NCBI GenBank assembly: GCA_963797555.1
Contig: CAWCPV010000009.1
Span: 192,001-256,000, forward strand
DNA: 64,000 nucleotides
Direction: 5' to 3'
From: an uncultured Gammaproteobacteria bacterium
Lineage (GTDB): Bacteria > Pseudomonadota > Gammaproteobacteria > CAWCPV01
Shown: piece after piece, positions 62,045 through 64,000 of the stretch
Position numbering within the stretch: position 1 is the stretch's first letter
Layout: every line of letters begins with the position of its first letter
The notes under the pieces: model-generated
The model's database searches: none
Told to the model about the DNA's origin: nothing
What the model saw: only the letters and a program-made list of their open reading frames with translations
Translations under genes and position numbers: made by a program

Positions 62045-62599
62045 TTACGGTTGCCCGCGCGGCACCTCCGGGTTCCGGTCACCTGGCGCGACCCCTTGAA
62101 TGATCCACTGGCCGGTGACCTGCACCGGGCCGCCGTCCGCGCCCGTGCGCTCCTGGCGCTCCACGAACATCCGCAAGTGCTTCCCGAGCAGCTCCAGGTT
62201 ACGCGGCTTGTCCCAGAGGCGGACCTTTTTCAGCGTGGTCTGCTGGCCGTCCTGGTTTTGGCTGGTCGTGACCTCGAAGGATGCCACCGCGGCCGCGACT
62301 TCATCCGGCCATGCATCGGGAGTCAACAGGTTGCCACCCTCATCAAACAGGCGCCTGGCATCGAAGAAACTGATGCGGGCCAGATCCAGGAGCACGCGAT
62401 CCTGCGTCACCTCTGTGCGCTCGGAGCGACGTTTCACCGCCTCGGCGATCGCCGCCTGTACGTCAACATATGTCAACAGCCGATTTGCAAGGCTTCGGGC
62501 CGTATGGGGGCTATACCCAGCGCGCACGGCAGCGGCAGCCCCGTTGAGATCGACGAGATACTCCTCGACGAACCGCGCCTGTTTTGGGGTAAGTGCCAT
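62045..62599 (-). CDS. Phage terminase small subunit
   Basis: LTPKQARFVEEYLVDLNGAAAAVRAGYS...ELLGKHL..F...TGADGGPV. Confidence 0.9.
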   Translation of the reverse strand: MALTPKQARFVEEYLVDLNGAAAAVRAGYSPHTARSLANRLLTYVDVQAAIAEAVKRRSERTEVTQDRVLLDLARISFFDARRLFDEGGNLLTPDAWPDEVAAAVASFEVTTSQNQDGQQTTLKKVRLWDKPRNLELLGKHLRMFVERQERTGADGGPVQVTGQWIIQGVAPGDRNPEVPRGQP

Positions 62600-63230
62600 A
62601 GCCTCAGTTTATCCTATCGGCGTGCATCTGCAACCACCGAAGCGCGGGCTCAGGGGCTGGGTGAGACGGGCGGACGCCTCTGCAAGCTCCGCTGCGTTCA
62701 GCCTGTCACCTCACGTCGAATTTGCATGTTGGCCGAGCCGTGGTTTCTCACATTCGATGCCGAAGTGGAGTTTCGGATTGCCATGACGCCCGAAGACCTC
62801 GCGCGCGCCAACCCGGATGCGTTGGGAAAGAAGTGGGCTTAGTCAATCCAAGTTGCCGCACCGGGGGCCTCCGCTCTCGCGGAACTCGTAGGAGACACCC
62901 CGACTGCGGTGCCCCTTGCGGAGCGGGGGCTTGACCCACCCGCGGTCTGGTCAAACGTTCGCCGAGGTCGGTGTCTTCGAGATCACACCGGGTCAACTCA
63001 CAAAGTGGGGGCCGCAAATGGGGTGAGCGCGCGGTCCTAGCCCGTCCCCTCCCGCGGAGGCGCCCTTCACCCTTGCCCACCGCAACACCAGCTGCCCGCG
63101 CAGGCCGTAAACCGGACACTCAGTCTGGGCGCACCGGCGGGTGTCGTCGATGGTCCGGCCGTTGCAGACCGCAAGGCGAACAATAAACGGGAAAATTTCC
63201 TATTGCTTTCCCCGGACAGTGGCTGTACAT

Positions 63231-63500
63231 CTATCGGACAGCTCGGGTGCAGGGGAGCGCGCCGCTGGATGGTGCCGCCGGGTCCCCGCACCGCGGACCT
63301 GACCCGGTTGGGACATAGACGAGGGAGGTTGACGGCTTGAAAGGCTTGACTGCCGGACCCGCGCCCTTGAAGAGGCTGTCTGCCCAGATATTGAGTGCGA
63401 GCCCGACGACGACGAGTGCTGCGCGAGCCGGGCGCCACGGGAATACGACAAGTTGCGCCACCGGCAAGATCAAGTGACAGCCGACCATCGGTGCGAATCC
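63231..63500 (-). pseudogene. Isoprenylcysteine carboxyl methyltransferase/PEMT-like membrane protein remnant
   Basis: HLILPVAQL...GLALNIWADSLFK.AG..VKPFKPSTSLV, then the frame degenerates. Confidence 0.5.
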
Positions 63501-64000
63501 CGGTGACGAGAAAGAGGGGCGGCAGCGGCCCTTGGCGCGATGAAGCGCTAGTGTCACTGACCAGAGCAGCACCCGTCCTACTGGCTACGGGGTCTGTGGG
63601 GATTGCATGCGGGCCGCGCGGTATTTTTGGCCGCTGTGAGTCGGCCTGGTAGCGTGGATGTCTGTCGCAGGGAACCGCTCCCCCAGTGTTGTCGCGGTGT
63701 GACTTCCGCTGAGCGGTCTATAGCAGAAGTGGTCCCGCTACTAGACTCCGAGAAGGGATTCAAGGGAGGCACGGCTACGGCGCCGAAGGCATAAGAAGCC
63801 ACGGGGCATAACGGATGGCGCAAGGGATCAACGTTGCTGGGTCGGGGGTCCTAGACAGCCGGCGAACAGGCACCCTTGACCGCTCTCGGCCGCACGAGCG
63901 CTCAAGAAGCGCAGACCCGCCGCCACGCGCCGAAGACATCCAGGCACGTGGCTGGCGAGCGTCGCCCCAGTGAAATCGACATGCTGACCAGCTCGGACAA

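Overview
High-GC bacterial window, most consistent with a sulfur-oxidising gammaproteobacterium (inferred from gene content). Core blocks are sat-aprB-aprA-YkgJ, gabD, slt plus an NDUFA9-like SDR, an ascD-like reductase, glgP, acyP, TlpA, an aspA/fumC-family lyase and a dppA-like/L,D-transpeptidase/dppB/dppC/nagZ cluster. They alternate with decayed accessory patches: toxin-antitoxin pairs, group II intron remnants, integron attC sites with no integrase in the window, an ISL3, an IS50/Tn5-type IS4 element carrying DUF4338 plus a cognate 149-bp MITE, a truncated Dsr1-like sirtuin, a SWIM+SNF2 pair and an orphan terminase small subunit. A complete type I-E CRISPR-Cas locus (55 repeats, 54 spacers) has its trailer end fused to a truncated RAYT. 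The best candidate for an undescribed system is a translationally coupled three-gene operon at 3724-7848: Ser/Thr kinase, a 389-aa unknown protein (visible only after removing an ISL3 insertion) and a PD-(D/E)XK nuclease-like protein, followed by an attC-like site. Several genes carry single frameshifts that may be assembly errors. All family assignments are from motif recognition; no database search was run.
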